The position numbers were made by a program, and so were the translations under genes. A stretch of DNA of 64,000 bases from an uncultured Alphaproteobacteria bacterium. Lineage in GTDB: Bacteria; Pseudomonadota; Alphaproteobacteria; SMXQ01. Location of the stretch: contig CAVTBD010000002.1 of NCBI GenBank assembly GCA_963732875.1, positions 482,678 to 546,677 on the forward strand. The letters run 5' to 3'. The notes under the pieces are model-generated. The model saw nothing but the letters and a program-made list of their open reading frames with translations, did not search any database and had not been told where the DNA came from. Numbering within the stretch: the first letter of the stretch is position 1; every line of letters starts with the position of its first letter. Positions 37,799 through 49,668 of the stretch are shown here, one piece after another.

Positions 37799-39006
37799 TT
37801 ACCTCGGCATCTCGATCGGGCCGATCAGGCGGCGGTACTCGGTCACCGCGTAGCGGTCGGTCATGCCCGCGATGTAGTCGCTCACCACCCGCGCCAGCCC
37901 GGCGCGGTCCATATCCCGGGTCGGCGCCCGCCATTCCCCGGGCAACGCGTCGGGCCTGCCCATGAACAGCTCGAACAGCTCGCGCACCACCCGGCCGCCG
38001 GCCTGGGTCATGGCGATGACGCGCTCGTGGCGGTACATGCGGGCGAACAGGAACCGCTTGAGCGCGCGGTCGTTTTCCGCCATCGCGTCGGAAAAAGCAA
38101 TCACCGCGTCATCGTGATGACGGACCTCGTCGGCGCTCGCGGGCCGGGCATGGGCGATGCGCCCGCGCGATTCCGCCAGGAGGTCGGTGACCATGGCGTT
38201 GATCATGCGCCGGATCGATCTCATAGACCAGACGCGAGCGCTCGAGTCCGGGATAGCGCGCGGCGACCTCGGTGAACACCGGCCCGGCGAGCGGCACCGG
38301 GGCAAGGTCGGGGATGTCGAACAGGCCGGCGCGCAGGCCGTCGTCGATGTCGTGGTTGTTGTAGGCGATGTCGTCGGAGAGCGAGGCCACCTGTGCCTCG
38401 GCCGAGGCATAGGTGGAAAGCTCCAGCGAGAAGCGCGCGTCGAAATCGAGAATCGCCGCCGGGATCGCCTCACCCGCGCCCCCCACCGCGCGCACCAGCG
38501 GCCCGTTGTGCTTGACCACGCCCTCCAGCGTCTCCCAGGTCAGATTGAGCCCGTCGAAATCGGCGTAGCGGTGCTCGAGGCTGGTGAGGATCCGCAGCGT
38601 CTGGGCGTTGTGGTCGAAGCCGCCGTAATCCGCCATGACGGCATCGAGCGCGTCTTCGCCGGCATGGCCGAACGGCGTGTGGCCGAGGTCGTGGGCGAGC
38701 GCCAGCGCCTCGGCCAGGTCCTCGTTGAGGCCGAGCGCGCGGGCGATCACGCGCGCGATCTGGCTCACCTCCAGCGAATGGGTCAGCCGGGTGCGGTAGT
38801 AGTCGCCCTCGTGATAGACGAACACCTGGGTCTTGTGCTTGAGGCGGCGGAACGCGGCGGAATGGATCGACCCGGTCGCGGTCGCGCTGGAACTCCGAGC
38901 GGCCCGAGGTGCCGGGCTCGGCCACGAGCCGGCCCCGGCTTTGCGCCGGGTCGCAGGCATAGGGGGCGAGTCTCGGCCCGTAGGTGTCGCTGGCGTGGCT
39001 GTCCAT
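37799..39006 (-). CDS. dgt: dGTP triphosphohydrolase-like HD-domain protein with two apparent frameshifts
   Basis: N-terminus ...FQRDRDRV, then [16 protein letters not shown]...[10 protein letters not shown]...[12 protein letters not shown] (HD motif) in another frame, then [14 protein letters not shown]...[13 protein letters not shown] in a third; junctions near 38870 and 38215. Confidence 0.8.
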
Positions 39007-39157
39007 GGCGTCCGTGGTTTCCGCGCGGGCACTCTCCCACGGGGGGATGGCGGCTTCAAGGGAGGCGAGCCCCCGCCCGGGCGGGTTTGAAAACGCCCCC
39101 TTTACCCCCTATATAAGCCCATGAAGGCGCGGTAGAATCCCGCGCCGGAGGAGCACC

Positions 39158-39511
39158 ATGACCGTTACAGAGACGACCCAGCCCCAGGTTACGCTCAGCG
39201 CGCGTGCGGCCCAGCGCATCAGGGCGCTCGCCGGGCAGGCCGAGCACAAGGGCCTGACCCTGCGCCTCGCGGTGCAGGGCGGCGGCTGCTCGGGATTCTC
39301 CTATGGCTTTACGTTCGACGACGAGAAGCGCGACGACGACCTCTCGGTCGAGCGCGACGGCGCGATGCTGCTGATCGACGAGGTTTCCCTCGGGCTGCTC
39401 GGCGGCGCCGAGATCGACTACGTCGAGGAGATGGTGGGGGCCTCCTTCGTGGTGCGCAATCCCAACGCCACCGCGTCATGCGGCTGCGGCAACTCGTTCT
39501 CCGTCGGCTAG
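39158..39511 (+). CDS. erpA: Iron-sulfur cluster insertion protein (HesB/IscA family)
   Basis: 117 aa; C-terminal CGCGNSF motif plus the upstream Cys (GGGCSGFSY). Confidence 0.9.
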   Translation: MTVTETTQPQVTLSARAAQRIRALAGQAEHKGLTLRLAVQGGGCSGFSYGFTFDDEKRDDDLSVERDGAMLLIDEVSLGLLGGAEIDYVEEMVGASFVVRNPNATASCGCGNSFSVG

Positions 39512-39560
39512 AAATGACCCACCGCGCGGGCTGACGCCGCCCGTCGAGGCTGTTAAAGTC

Positions 39561-39585
39561 GGGGCCCGCTTGCGGGCCCTTTTCG
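39561..39585 (+). terminator. Rho-independent terminator after erpA
   Basis: GGGGCCCGCTTGCGGGCCC hairpin followed by TTTTCG. Confidence 0.6.
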
Positions 39586-39624
39586 CGTCCGCCCCGTCCC
39601 GTCCCTCTCTCCGGCAGGTGCCCC

Positions 39625-40410
39625 TTGGCCAAGATCGCCACCTGGAACGTCAACTCGATCAAGGCACGGCTTCCCAACGTGCTCGACTGGCTCGGGGAAT
39701 TCTCCCCCGACGTCGTCTGTCTGCAGGAGATCAAGTGCGTGACGGAGAACTTCCCCATGATCGAGATCGAGGACGCGGGCTATGCCTGCGCCGTGCTCGG
39801 CCAGAAGAGCTACAACGGCGTCGCCATCCTGGCGCGCGGCGGCCTCGAGGACGTGCGCGAGGGCCTGCCCGGCGGCGGGGACGAGGAGCAGGCGCGCTAC
39901 ATCGAGGCCGTGACCCGGCTCGACGGACGCATGGTGCGCATCGCCTCGATCTACCTGCCCAACGGCAACCCGGTCGATTCCGACAAGTTCCCCTACAAGC
40001 TCGCCTGGATGGAGCGCCTGCGCGACCACGCGCGCGACCTGCTCGCGCTCGAGGAGCCGGTGGTGCTGGCGGGCGACTACAACGTGATCCCGGCGGACGG
40101 CGACGTCTACGACCCGGACGGCTGGCGCGACGACGCCCTGTTCCGCCTCGAGGTGCGCCGCAGGTTCCGCGAGATCCTCAACCTCGGCTATACCGAAGCC
40201 TACCGAACGCTGCACAAGGAAGTCGGCCGCTACACCTTCTGGGACTATCAGGGCGGCGCCTGGAACAAGGACTTCGGCCTGCGCATCGATCACATGCTGC
40301 TGTCGCCCCAGGCGGTCGACCTGCTCGAAGCCTGCGACATCGACCGCAAGCCGCGCGGCAAACCCAAGGCCTCCGACCACACCCCGGTCTGGTGCACGCT
40401 CGCGACGTGA
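39625..40410 (+). CDS. xth: Exodeoxyribonuclease III
   Basis: IATWNVNSIKARL...VVCLQE and the C-terminal SDHTPV motif; TTG start as annotated, true start uncertain. Confidence 0.9.
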   Translation: MAKIATWNVNSIKARLPNVLDWLGEFSPDVVCLQEIKCVTENFPMIEIEDAGYACAVLGQKSYNGVAILARGGLEDVREGLPGGGDEEQARYIEAVTRLDGRMVRIASIYLPNGNPVDSDKFPYKLAWMERLRDHARDLLALEEPVVLAGDYNVIPADGDVYDPDGWRDDALFRLEVRRRFREILNLGYTEAYRTLHKEVGRYTFWDYQGGAWNKDFGLRIDHMLLSPQAVDLLEACDIDRKPRGKPKASDHTPVWCTLAT

Positions 40411-40417
40411 GCCCGCG

Positions 40418-41683
40418 ATGACCCGCGCGATCCGTCAGCTTACCGCGCTGTTCCTCGGCTTCGGCCTGCTGACCCTCGCCAACGGGCTGGTGAGCACGCT
40501 GCTGGCGCTGCGCATGGGCATCGAGGGCTTCGCGCTGGAGACCGCCGGCCTCGTCATGTCGGCCCAGGCGCTCGGCTTCGTGATCGGCCCGTTCTTCGTG
40601 CCGCGCCTCATCCATCGCGTCGGCCACATCCGCCTGTTCACCATCCTCTCCGCGCTTGCCGCCGCCGCGACGCTCACGCTGCCGCTCTACATCCACCCCG
40701 TGCTGTGGCTCGCGTTGCGCGCCGCCACCGGCTTCTCGCTCGCGGGCTGCTCCATGATCCTCGAGAGCTGGCTCAACCACCGCACCGGCTCGGACATGCG
40801 CGGGCGCGTGCTCGCGGTCTACATGAGCGTCAACTATCTCGCCTTCGGCCTCGGCCAGTTCCTGCTGCTGGCGGGCGCGCCCGAGAACTTCAAGCTGTTC
40901 TCGATCGCCGCGATCCTGTTCGCCCTCGCCCTGCTGCCGGTCGCCGCCACGCGCATCGGCGAGCCCGATCGGCCCGAGCCCCGCATCCCCTCGTTCCGGC
41001 GCCTGTGGCACCTGTCGCCGCTCGGTACCGTCGGCTGCTTCTGCGCCGGCTTCATGGGCACGGCATTCATCGCCGCCGGGCCCCTGTTCGCCCGTGCGCG
41101 CGGGTTCCCGACCGGGGAGATCGCCGTATTCATGGGTTTCGCCGTGATCGCCGGGCTGGTGCTGCAGCTGCCCATGGGCCGCCTGTCCGACCGCATGGAC
41201 CGGCGACGCCTGATCGCGGTGGTCGCTTTCGCCGCGGCCTGCGCGGCGCTGACCGTGGGCTTCGGCTCGCTACTCGGCGCAACGGTCGCGATCGCCACGG
41301 CGGCGGCCTATGGCGGCATCGTCTACACGCTCTATCCCCTCGCCGTCGCCCATGCCAACGACGTGGTTTCCCCGCGCGACACGGTGACGGTGAGCGCCGG
41401 GCTGATCTTCTGCTCGGGGCTCGGCGCCACCGCCGGCCCGGTGGTTGCCACCAGCACCATGCGCTATCTCGGACCGGCCGGCCTGTTCATCACCATCGCG
41501 CTGGTCGCCGCGGCGCTCGGCGCGTTCGCCGCATGGCGCGCGTTCGTGGCCGAGCCGGTGCCCGACGCCGACCGCACCGGGTTCATGCCGATGGCGCCGG
41601 CAACCCCGGCGGCGGTGGAGCTCGACCCGCGCGCCACGCCCCCCGACGCCGTCGTGGTGCTCGGCCCCGACGACCCCGCGTAA
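40418..41683 (+). CDS. MFS transporter
   Basis: 421 aa, 12 TM; MFS signature around MGRLSDRMDRRR. Confidence 0.85.
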   Translation: MTRAIRQLTALFLGFGLLTLANGLVSTLLALRMGIEGFALETAGLVMSAQALGFVIGPFFVPRLIHRVGHIRLFTILSALAAAATLTLPLYIHPVLWLALRAATGFSLAGCSMILESWLNHRTGSDMRGRVLAVYMSVNYLAFGLGQFLLLAGAPENFKLFSIAAILFALALLPVAATRIGEPDRPEPRIPSFRRLWHLSPLGTVGCFCAGFMGTAFIAAGPLFARARGFPTGEIAVFMGFAVIAGLVLQLPMGRLSDRMDRRRLIAVVAFAAACAALTVGFGSLLGATVAIATAAAYGGIVYTLYPLAVAHANDVVSPRDTVTVSAGLIFCSGLGATAGPVVATSTMRYLGPAGLFITIALVAAALGAFAAWRAFVAEPVPDADRTGFMPMAPATPAAVELDPRATPPDAVVVLGPDDPA

Positions 41684-41701
41684 AGCCCGTGGCCGGGCAG
41701 C

Positions 41702-42400
41702 CTAGTCTTCCGGAACCAGCAGCCGGTACCCGACGCCGGGCTCGTTGCTGATGAACCGTGGCGCGGCAGGATCGTCCTCCAGCTTCTGGCGGAGGTGGCC
41801 GATATAGACCCGAAGGTAATGAAACTCGTTTTCGTGAGCCGGCCCCCATACCTCGCGCAGCATATGCTGGTGCGTCACAATTCTGCCCGCGTTCTGCGCC
41901 AGCACCCGCAGAATGTCGAATTCCCGACGTGATAGCTTCACACTCTTGCCGGCGACGCTCACCTTGTGCCGCGCCAAATCGACGCGGAGGTCGCCAGCTA
42001 CGATATCTGAGGTGTTATTATCCTGCCCCCTGCGCGGGCGCAGAGCCGCGCGAACCCGTGCCACCAACTCGGCAATCCCGAACGGCTTGGTGACGTAGTC
42101 ATTGGCGCCAAGGTCGAGCGCCGCTACCTTCTCGGCTTCGCCGGCGCGCACCGAGAGGATGATGATGGGAACGTCGGACCATTCGCGGATGCGGGTCACG
42201 ACCTCCTGGCCGTCGACGTCTGGAAGCCCCAGATCGAGGAGCACGAGATCCGGCCGTTCGGTCGCGCATTTCTCGATGCCCTCCTCGCCACGCGCGGCCT
42301 CGACGACGTCGTATCCATGCGCCCCCAGGCTGATCCTGAGGAACTTCCGGATCTGCGGTTCGTCATCAACGACCAGTATGCGCGGGCCGGGTTCGCTCAA
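41702..42400 (-). CDS. kdpE: KDP operon response regulator (OmpR family)
   Basis: REC domain (ILVVDDEPQIRKFL...LLDLGLPDVDG) plus winged-helix DNA-binding domain. Confidence 0.9.
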   Translation of the reverse strand: MSEPGPRILVVDDEPQIRKFLRISLGAHGYDVVEAARGEEGIEKCATERPDLVLLDLGLPDVDGQEVVTRIREWSDVPIIILSVRAGEAEKVAALDLGANDYVTKPFGIAELVARVRAALRPRRGQDNNTSDIVAGDLRVDLARHKVSVAGKSVKLSRREFDILRVLAQNAGRIVTHQHMLREVWGPAHENEFHYLRVYIGHLRQKLEDDPAAPRFISNEPGVGYRLLVPED

Positions 42401-45127
42401 CGGCTTTCCCTCCTTTCCTGTCCACTGACTCTTCCTCGACCAGCGGCAGAGGCTCGACCGGCAACGTGAACTCGATCAGGGTTCCGACGCCATCGGGGCC
42501 GGCCTTGGCGACAATATTCCCACCGTGCGCCTCGATGAAGCCGCGGCAGATGGACAGACCTAGGCCTGTGCCCGCCACCTGCCTGTCCCCGGCGCGGACA
42601 CGATAGAACACGTCGAACACCGCTTCCCGGGATTCGGCTGGGATCCCGGGCCCCTGATCACGGACGCGCACGACCACATACGCGCCCTCCTGCGCCGCCG
42701 CGACCACGATCCGGCTTCCCTTCGGCGAATATTTTGCCGCGTTTTCGAGGAGATTGACCAGAACCTGCTCGATCAGCACGGGGTCCGCCTTCACGACCGG
42801 CAGGTCGGGCGGGACATCCAGTTGAAGAACATGGAACCGGAGCACCTTGTCGAGCCGCCGGATCGCCCGTCCCGCGACCTCCCTGAGATCGGTCCATTCC
42901 TTGTTGAGCTGCAACGCGCCATAGCCGAGCCTGGTCATGTCGAGGAGGTTCTGGACAAAGCGGTTGAGCCGCTCCCCTTCCTCGAGAATGGTCTGGACGA
43001 GCTGCTCTTTGTCATCCGCCGATAACCGTCCATCACGCCCAGCCAGTGTCGTTGCAGAACCGATGATGGAAACCAGGGGCGTACGCAGGTCGTGCGAGAT
43101 CGAAGAAAGAAGCGCGGAGCGAAGCTGTTCGGTTTCAGTGAGAACGCGCGCCTCCTCGATGTCGGTCGCGAGATTGGTACGCTCTATGGCGACCGCCGCC
43201 TGATCGACGAGCGCATCGAGAAGGCGGCGCTGTTCCAGATCAAGTCCCGATTTCTGCGGCGGCGGCTGATTCGCGAAGGATATCCCGAGCAGCCCCAGTG
43301 GCCCGCGCTGGGTCTTGATGGGGAGGAACATCCATTCCGCCGCTGGAAGCGTATCGCTTCCCCAGCCTGCGACGCGGTCGTTCTGCCAAGCCCATTCGGC
43401 GGCGCCCCGGTCTCTGGAGGAAAGACGGTCTTCGGGCGGGTAGCCCGCGGAAATTTCCAGTCCGTCGCCATCCTTGGACAGCAGGACCAACGCCTGGCAT
43501 TGAAGCGTCGAGGCCACATGATGAACTACCGCCCAGAGAACGTCGTCGAGGGACGCCGCCGCCACGATTCGCCGGCTGAATTCGAACAGATTCGAGGTCC
43601 GGCGTGCCGCCGCCCGCATGGATTCGACCTGGGTCTTGAGACGGGCAGCGAGATTTCCGACAAGCACCGCAACGATCAGGAAAAAAACGATCGTGGAAAG
43701 CTCACCCTCGTGGATGACATTGAATGTGAAATAGGGCTCCGTGAAGAAGTAGTTGTAAGCGAGGAAACTAACCAGGCTTGCATAGAGGGACGGCCACAGC
43801 CCAAACCGGATCGCGACGATCAGGACGGCAACCATGTATACGAGTGAAATATTGGGCAGCGGCAGCAATTGCCAAACGGCGAGGGAGGCCGCCGTAGCAC
43901 CGGCCACAATCGCCGTCGTCAGGCCATAGGCCTTCGGGTCAAACTGCAGCAGGGGCTTTTCCGGTACGATTCTTTGTGCCGCCCCCTCCTCTGTAGTGGG
44001 CGAAACGACGGTGACCTCCAGAAATTCGGCTTTTTTCATTACGCGCGCGGCGACGTTCTCCCGTAAAAACGCCGCCCAATGACGCTTTCGCGGCCGCCCC
44101 AGCACGATCCGCGTGACGTTGCGTTTGCGCGCAAAGCGGACGAGTTCATCCGCCATGTTCGATTCGGCGTGAAGTGTCGCGGTTTCTGCGCCGAGGCTTT
44201 CGGCAAGCCGCAGTGCTTCGACCACCAATTCTTTGGCCTTTTCCGGCAGCCTTTCGTGACGTGGCGTCCGGACGTTCACTACGATCCAGGGTATATGTGA
44301 GCGCTCCGCCATGCGCCGCGCCGTCCGCACAAGCTGCTTCGCCATGGGCGATTCGTTGACGCATACCAACAGGCGTTCCTGGGTCGGCCAGGGCCCGGGA
44401 ATGGCGTGTGCGCGCATGAAGCTCATCATCTGTGCATCGACGCGCTCCGCGGCGACGCGCATGGCCAGTTCCCGGAAGGCCGTGAGATTGCCCTTGGAGA
44501 AGAAATGACGGATCGCGCGCCCGACCTGATCGCGGACGTAGACCTTCCCCTCCCGAGCCTCTGGATCAGATCGTCGGGAGGCAGATCGACCAGTTCGATT
44601 TCATCGGCAAGTTCCAGGGCCTTGTCCGGCAGCGTCTCGCGCACGCGCACGCGCGATATCCGCGCCACCACGTCGTTGAGGCTCTCCAGGTGCTGGATGT
44701 TGAGCGTCGTATAGACGTCGATGCCGGCAGCCAGCAGTTCCTCGACGTCCTGCCAGCGCTTGGTATGGCGGCTGCCGGGAACGTTGGTATGCGCGAGTTC
44801 GTCCACGATGGCGAGCTTCGGCTTGCGCCAAAGCACGGCGTCGAGGTCCATTTCGCCGAATACTCGCCCGCGATAGAGCAGGCTTTTGCGCGCAAGGACG
44901 TCGAGTCCGTGCAGGAGCCGCTCCGTCTCGGCACGGCCATGCGTCTCGACCACGGCCACAACGACGTCGACGCCCTCCAGCCGCCGCGCCTGGGCGGCTT
45001 CCAGCATCGAATAGGTCTTCCCGACGCCCGGATAGGCGCCGAGAAAGATCTTCAGCCGGCCGCGTCCCTCCTTCTTTGCGGCCTCGAGAAGGACTTCCGG
45101 CGCCGGGCGTTCTTCGTCTTCAGCCAT
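42366..45127 (-). CDS. kdpD: Osmosensitive K+ channel sensor histidine kinase KdpD with one apparent frameshift
   Basis: N-terminal KdpD domain (GAYPGVGKTYSMLEAA) in ORF 44426-45127; USP, TM and HisKA/HATPase in ORF 42366-44462; junction ...IQRL / (R)EGKVYVRDQVGRAIRHFF near 44560, at a CGGG run. Confidence 0.85.
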
Positions 45128-45217
45128 TCCGCTTCATCGTTTCTTCGTCAAAGCCGCTACCCCATCCGGGCCACTCCTGTATAGCATTCGCCACGCGCCC
45201 GAGGCGCCGTTCCCGCA

Positions 45218-45781
45218 CTATTTCCGCAGGTTGTCGAGCGCGAGGTTGAGCTCCAGAACATTGACCAGACGGTCCGGCGTGAACACCCCACCCGGCGAAA
45301 AGTCCTGTTGCCGGATAAGCGCCTCGACCCGGGACAGGGGAAGGCCGCGCGCCTTGGCCACGCGCGGCGCCTGATAGAGCGCGGCATGCACGCTGATATG
45401 CGGGTCCAATCCGCCGCCGGAGGCCGCCGCCAGCTCCGGCGGCAGTGGATTTTCCGGCGTGGCACCGTAGCGGGCAACCAGCGCCTCCGCGCGCTTGGTC
45501 AGGTCGCTACTGGTCGGCGACTTGTTGCTGCCCGCGGCCGAAGTTGCGTCGTAGCCGTTCTTGCCGGCAGCCGAGGGCCGCGGCCAGAAATAGCCGGGCC
45601 GGGTGAAGTTCTGCGCGATCAGGCGGCTGCCGATGATCTTGCCGTCGGCGGCTGTGACCACGGAGCCCCGGGCGGTATCCGGGGAAAACCGGGCCACCCC
45701 GAGGATGAGGAGGGTATATCCGACGACGCACACCAGCATGGTGGCGACGACGAGACGGATACTAGCGATGAGCGATGCCAT
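45218..45781 (-). CDS. kdpC: K+-transporting ATPase subunit C
   Basis: 187 aa, N-terminal TM, KdpC periplasmic domain. Confidence 0.9.
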   Translation of the reverse strand: MASLIASIRLVVATMLVCVVGYTLLILGVARFSPDTARGSVVTAADGKIIGSRLIAQNFTRPGYFWPRPSAAGKNGYDATSAAGSNKSPTSSDLTKRAEALVARYGATPENPLPPELAAASGGGLDPHISVHAALYQAPRVAKARGLPLSRVEALIRQQDFSPGGVFTPDRLVNVLELNLALDNLRK

Positions 45782-45783
45782 GA

Positions 45784-47484
45784 CTATGCTCCGGAATCCC
45801 GTTTCATTTCATAAAGGTAAGATGTTCCGCGATCGGCCCGAGCGCGGCGGCCGGGAAGAACGTCAGCGCGCCGAAGATGAGGATCGTCGCGACCAGCATG
45901 GTTCCGAAAGTGCTGTCTTCCGTGCCGAGCGTTCCGGCGGTCTCCGCGGTGGTTCGCTTCGATGCGAGCGAGCCCGCGATCGCCAGCGGCAAGATGATCG
46001 GTATGTACCGGGCGAGAAGCATCACGATGCCGGTGGCCACGTTCCAGGGCACGGTATTGTCGCCCAGCCCTTCGAAATCCGGACCCGTTGTTCGCGCTCG
46101 ACGAGCTGAACTCGTAGAGCATCTCGCTGAAGCCGTGCGGCCCCACGTTGTTGAGGGTCGCCTGGCCCCACGACGGCATCGCGGCGAAAACGGCGGTACC
46201 GGCCAGGATGAAGAACGCATGCGCCAGCAGCGCGAAGATGGCGAGCTTGACCTCGTATGCCTCGACCCGGCGTCCGAGATACTCCGGCGTTCGCCCGACC
46301 ATCATGCCCGCGATGAATACCGCCACGACGATATAGAGGAACATGTTGATCATGCCGACGCCGACGCCGCCGAAGGTCGCATTGAGCCACATGCCGATCA
46401 TCGGCATCAACCCCGTCAGGGGATTCAGGCTGTCGTGCATCGCGCCGACCGAGCCGTTGCTGGTCGAGGTGGTCAGCACCGACCACAGCGGCCCGGAGGT
46501 GGTGCCGAACCGCATTTCCTTGCCCTCCAGGTTGCCGACGGTATGCTCGATGGGCAGCGAGGCGAACGCCTGCGTCGGCGCCGTCTCGAACGAAACGGCG
46601 CCCGTGATCTTGGCGAGCAGCAGCACCAGCATGACGCCGAACACGACGGCGGCATGGCGCGGGCGCCCGATGATCCGCCCGAACATCCAGACGCAGGCCA
46701 TGGGGATCAGGATGATGGAGACGATCTCCACGGCGTTCGTCCAGAAGGTCGGGTTCTCGAACGGATGGGTCGAGTTGGGACCGAAGAAGCCGCCGCCGTT
46801 GGTGCCGAGTTGCTTGATCGCCACGAATGCTGCCACCGGCCCGCGCGCGATGGTCTGCGCCGCGCCTTCCAGCGTCGTGGCATGGATCGCGCCCTCTAGG
46901 GTCATCGGCACACCACCCATGACCAGCAGGACCGCGACCGCCAGCGCGACCGGCAGGAATACAAGGAACGCGGCACGCTGCAGGTCCACGAAGAAGTTGC
47001 CCAGCATCTTCCGCCCGGCAAGCGCGCGGGCGAGGGCCGCGAGCGCGGCAACGCCGGTTGCCGCCGATACGAACTGCAGCCACATCAGGGCGCCGAGCTG
47101 CGAAAGGTAGCTCAGCGTGCTTTCGCCCGAGTAGTGCTGCAGGTTCGTGTTGGAGGTGAAGGACGCCGTCGTGTTGAAAATGAGATCGCCGGCTATCGGG
47201 CCCATGCCGTCGGGATTGAGCGGCAGATACTGCTGCAGCGCCAGGATGGCGAAGACCACCACGAACATGAGCGTGTTGAAGACCAGCAGCGCGATCATGT
47301 ACTGCTTCCAGTCCTGCGGCTTCCGGGCGAGTGGCCCACCCACGCCCTGGAACGTCCTGGTCCAGCCGGCAGCGCCCGTCCCGGTTGGCGCCGGATCCAT
47401 GGCCCATTTCATGTAGCGGCCGAGCGGCCAGGACAGCAGGGCGGTCCCGCCGACGATGAAGGCAACGAAGAGAATGGCGTTCAT
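45784..47484 (-). CDS. kdpA: K+-transporting ATPase subunit A with one apparent frameshift
   Basis: KdpA motifs (IKQLGTNGGGFFGPNSTHPFENPT); frame switches after ...ANNGSGF to EGLGDNTVPWN... (ORF 45804-46220) at a TTT run near 46073; ATG at 47484 (the track's TTG start is at 47493). Confidence 0.85.
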   Translation of the reverse strand: MNAILFVAFIVGGTALLSWPLGRYMKWAMDPAPTGTGAAGWTRTFQGVGGPLARKPQDWKQYMIALLVFNTLMFVVVFAILALQQYLPLNPDGMGPIAGDLIFNTTASFTSNTNLQHYSGESTLSYLSQLGALMWLQFVSAATGVAALAALARALAGRKMLGNFFVDLQRAAFLVFLPVALAVAVLLVMGGVPMTLEGAIHATTLEGAAQTIARGPVAAFVAIKQLGTNGGGFFGPNSTHPFENPTFWTNAVEIVSIILIPMACVWMFGRIIGRPRHAAVVFGVMLVLLLAKITGAVSFETAPTQAFASLPIEHTVGNLEGKEMRFGTTSGPLWSVLTTSTSNGSVGAMHDSLNPLTGLMPMIGMWLNATFGGVGVGMINMFLYIVVAVFIAGMMVGRTPEYLGRRVEAYEVKLAIFALLAHAFFILAGTAVFAAMPSWGQATLNNVGPHGFSEMLYEFSSSSANNGSGFRRAGRQYRALERGHRHRDASRPVHTDHLAAGDRGLARIEANHRGDRRNARHGRQHFRNHAGRDDPHLRRADVLPGRRARADRGTSYLYEMKRDSGA

Positions 47485-47512
47485 GATAGACAAGCTCCAG
47501 CGCGTCCAGCGT

Positions 47513-47593
47513 TCATGCCCGATCGACCGCTTCGGTCAACAGGAGCAGAAGGCCGAAAATCAGGATTCCAAGAACCAGGTACAGCCACCACAT
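47513..47593 (-). CDS. 26-aa KdpF-like hydrophobic peptide between kdpB and kdpA
   Basis: MWWLYLVLGILIFGLLLLLTEAVDRA; ATG 18 nt downstream of the kdpB stop, 19 nt upstream of kdpA. Confidence 0.5.
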   Translation of the reverse strand: MWWLYLVLGILIFGLLLLLTEAVDRA

Positions 47594-47610
47594 GGAAAAT
47601 TCCTCCGGCG

Positions 47611-49647
47611 TCAGACGAGGCGAAAGGCCACGAGGATCATGTCGATTGCCTTGATCCCGATGAACGGCACGATCAGGCCGCCGGCGCCGTAGAGCACCAG
47701 GTTGCGCCGCAGAAGCGCGGCGGCGCTCGACGGCGTATATCGGACGCCCCGGAGCGCAAGCGGAATCAGGACGACGATGATCAGGGCATTGAAGATGACG
47801 GCCGACAGGACCGCGCTCTGGGGGCTCGCGAGCCTCATCACGTTCAGCGCGCCGAGCGAGGGATAGGCGGTCACGAACAGCGCCGGCAGGATCGCGAAAT
47901 ACTTCGCCACGTCGTTGGCGATGGAGAACGTCGTGAGAGCACCACGACTGATGAGGAGTTGCTTGCCGATCCGCACCACCTCCATCAGCTTGGTGGGATC
48001 GCTGTCGAGATCGACGATATTGGCGGCCTCGCGCGCGGCCTGAGTCCCGTCGTTCATGGCGACGCCGATGTCCGCCTGGGCCAGCGCCGGCGCGTCGTTG
48101 GTGCCGTCGCCGCACATGGCGACGAGGCGTCCGCCGGCCTGCTCCTTGCGGATCCACTCGAGCTTCTTCTCGGGCGTCGCCTCTGCCAGGAAGTCGTCCA
48201 CCCCCGCCTCCGCGGCGATGGCCGCCGCCGTCAGCGGGTTGTCGCCTGTGATCATCACGGTCCGGATGCCCATGCGCCGAAGCTGTGCGAAACGGTCCGA
48301 GATGCCCGGCTTGACGATGTCCTTCAGGTGGACGACGCCGAGCACGCGGCGGTCCCGCGCAACGACCAGCGGCGTGCCGCCCGAACGCCCGATCTCCTCG
48401 ATGATGCGCTTGAGCCCCATGGTCTCGGCCAGGTCGGCACGGAGGAGGATCGCATCCTCGGCACCCTTGATGACCTCGCCGCCGTCCCCGAGCTCGGCCC
48501 CGCTCATGCGTGTTTCCGCGCTGAAGGGAATGAACTTCTTCACCTTGGTCGCATCGGCCACGAAGCCGTACTTGGTCGTCGCGAGCTCGACGATGGAACG
48601 CCCCTCCGGGGTCTCGTCACTGAGGGACGCCAGCGCGGCGGCTTCGGCGAGCTCCCATACCGTGGCGCCGCGCAAGGGCATGAATTCGTCGGCCATGCGG
48701 TTGCCGAACGTTATCGTCCCGGTCTTGTCGATCAGCAGGGTATCGACGTTTCCAGCCGCCTCGATGGCGCGACCGGACTTGGCGATGATGTTGGCCTGCA
48801 CCAACCTGTCCATGCCCGCGATGCCGATCGCGGACAGGAGTCCGCCGATCGTCGTCGGAATGAGCGTGACCAGAAGGGCGATCAGGAAGACGACGGAGAT
48901 GGTGGTACCGGAATAGACGGCGAACGGCTCGAGCGCGACCACGACGATCAGGAAGATAATGGTCATGCCGACCAGCAGGATGTTGAGCGCGATCTCGTTC
49001 GGAGTCTTCTGGCGCTGCGCGCCCTCCACCATGGCGATCATGCGGTCGAGGAAGCTCTCGCCCGGCTTCGCGGTCACGCGCACCTTGATCCAGTCGGAGA
49101 CGACCCGGGTACCCCCGGTGACGCCCGACCGGTCGCCGCCGCTTTCGCGGATCACGGGCGCTGATTCGCCGGTGATCGCGGATTCGTCCACCGACGCGAT
49201 GCCCTCTATGATCTCACCGTCCGCGGGGATGAAGTCGCCAGCCTCGACCAGAACCACGTCGCCGGTGCGCAGGGCGCTGCTTCTCACCGCCTCGTAGTCC
49301 CGCGCGCCGGGCGACGCGAGGCGCTTGGCCTCGGTCTCCTGATGCGTTGCCCTGAGACTGTCGGCGCGGGCCTGCCCCCGTCCTTCCGCCACCGCCTCGG
49401 CGAAATTCGCGAACAGTACGGTAAACCAGAGCCAGACCGCGATCTGTCCGATGACGCCGGTGCCAGCGGCACTGGCGGCGAGATCGCGCACGAAGGCGAG
49501 CGTGGCGAGCGCGGCCACGACCTCGACCACGAACATCACGGGGTTGTGGATCAACGTACGCGGATCGAGCTTGCGAAACGCGACCTTGAGGCCCTGAACC
49601 GCCAGCCTGCCGTCGAGCAGGACGACATTACGGGATTTGAGCATCAT
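47611..49647 (-). CDS. kdpB: K+-transporting P-type ATPase subunit B
   Basis: 678 aa; DKTGTIT phosphorylation motif, [14 protein letters not shown]. Confidence 0.95.
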   Translation of the reverse strand: MMLKSRNVVLLDGRLAVQGLKVAFRKLDPRTLIHNPVMFVVEVVAALATLAFVRDLAASAAGTGVIGQIAVWLWFTVLFANFAEAVAEGRGQARADSLRATHQETEAKRLASPGARDYEAVRSSALRTGDVVLVEAGDFIPADGEIIEGIASVDESAITGESAPVIRESGGDRSGVTGGTRVVSDWIKVRVTAKPGESFLDRMIAMVEGAQRQKTPNEIALNILLVGMTIIFLIVVVALEPFAVYSGTTISVVFLIALLVTLIPTTIGGLLSAIGIAGMDRLVQANIIAKSGRAIEAAGNVDTLLIDKTGTITFGNRMADEFMPLRGATVWELAEAAALASLSDETPEGRSIVELATTKYGFVADATKVKKFIPFSAETRMSGAELGDGGEVIKGAEDAILLRADLAETMGLKRIIEEIGRSGGTPLVVARDRRVLGVVHLKDIVKPGISDRFAQLRRMGIRTVMITGDNPLTAAAIAAEAGVDDFLAEATPEKKLEWIRKEQAGGRLVAMCGDGTNDAPALAQADIGVAMNDGTQAAREAANIVDLDSDPTKLMEVVRIGKQLLISRGALTTFSIANDVAKYFAILPALFVTAYPSLGALNVMRLASPQSAVLSAVIFNALIIVVLIPLALRGVRYTPSSAAALLRRNLVLYGAGGLIVPFIGIKAIDMILVAFRLV

Positions 49648-49668
49648 CTAAATCTCCACGCAGGCTGG

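Noticed and set aside
47134-49164. 676-aa plus-strand ORF opposite kdpB, and other long antisense ORFs (22093-24630, 54884-56650, 56544-59798)
   Set aside because: They are antisense to strongly supported genes (kdpB, secD, ilvD, the oxidoreductase) and are high-GC frame artefacts.
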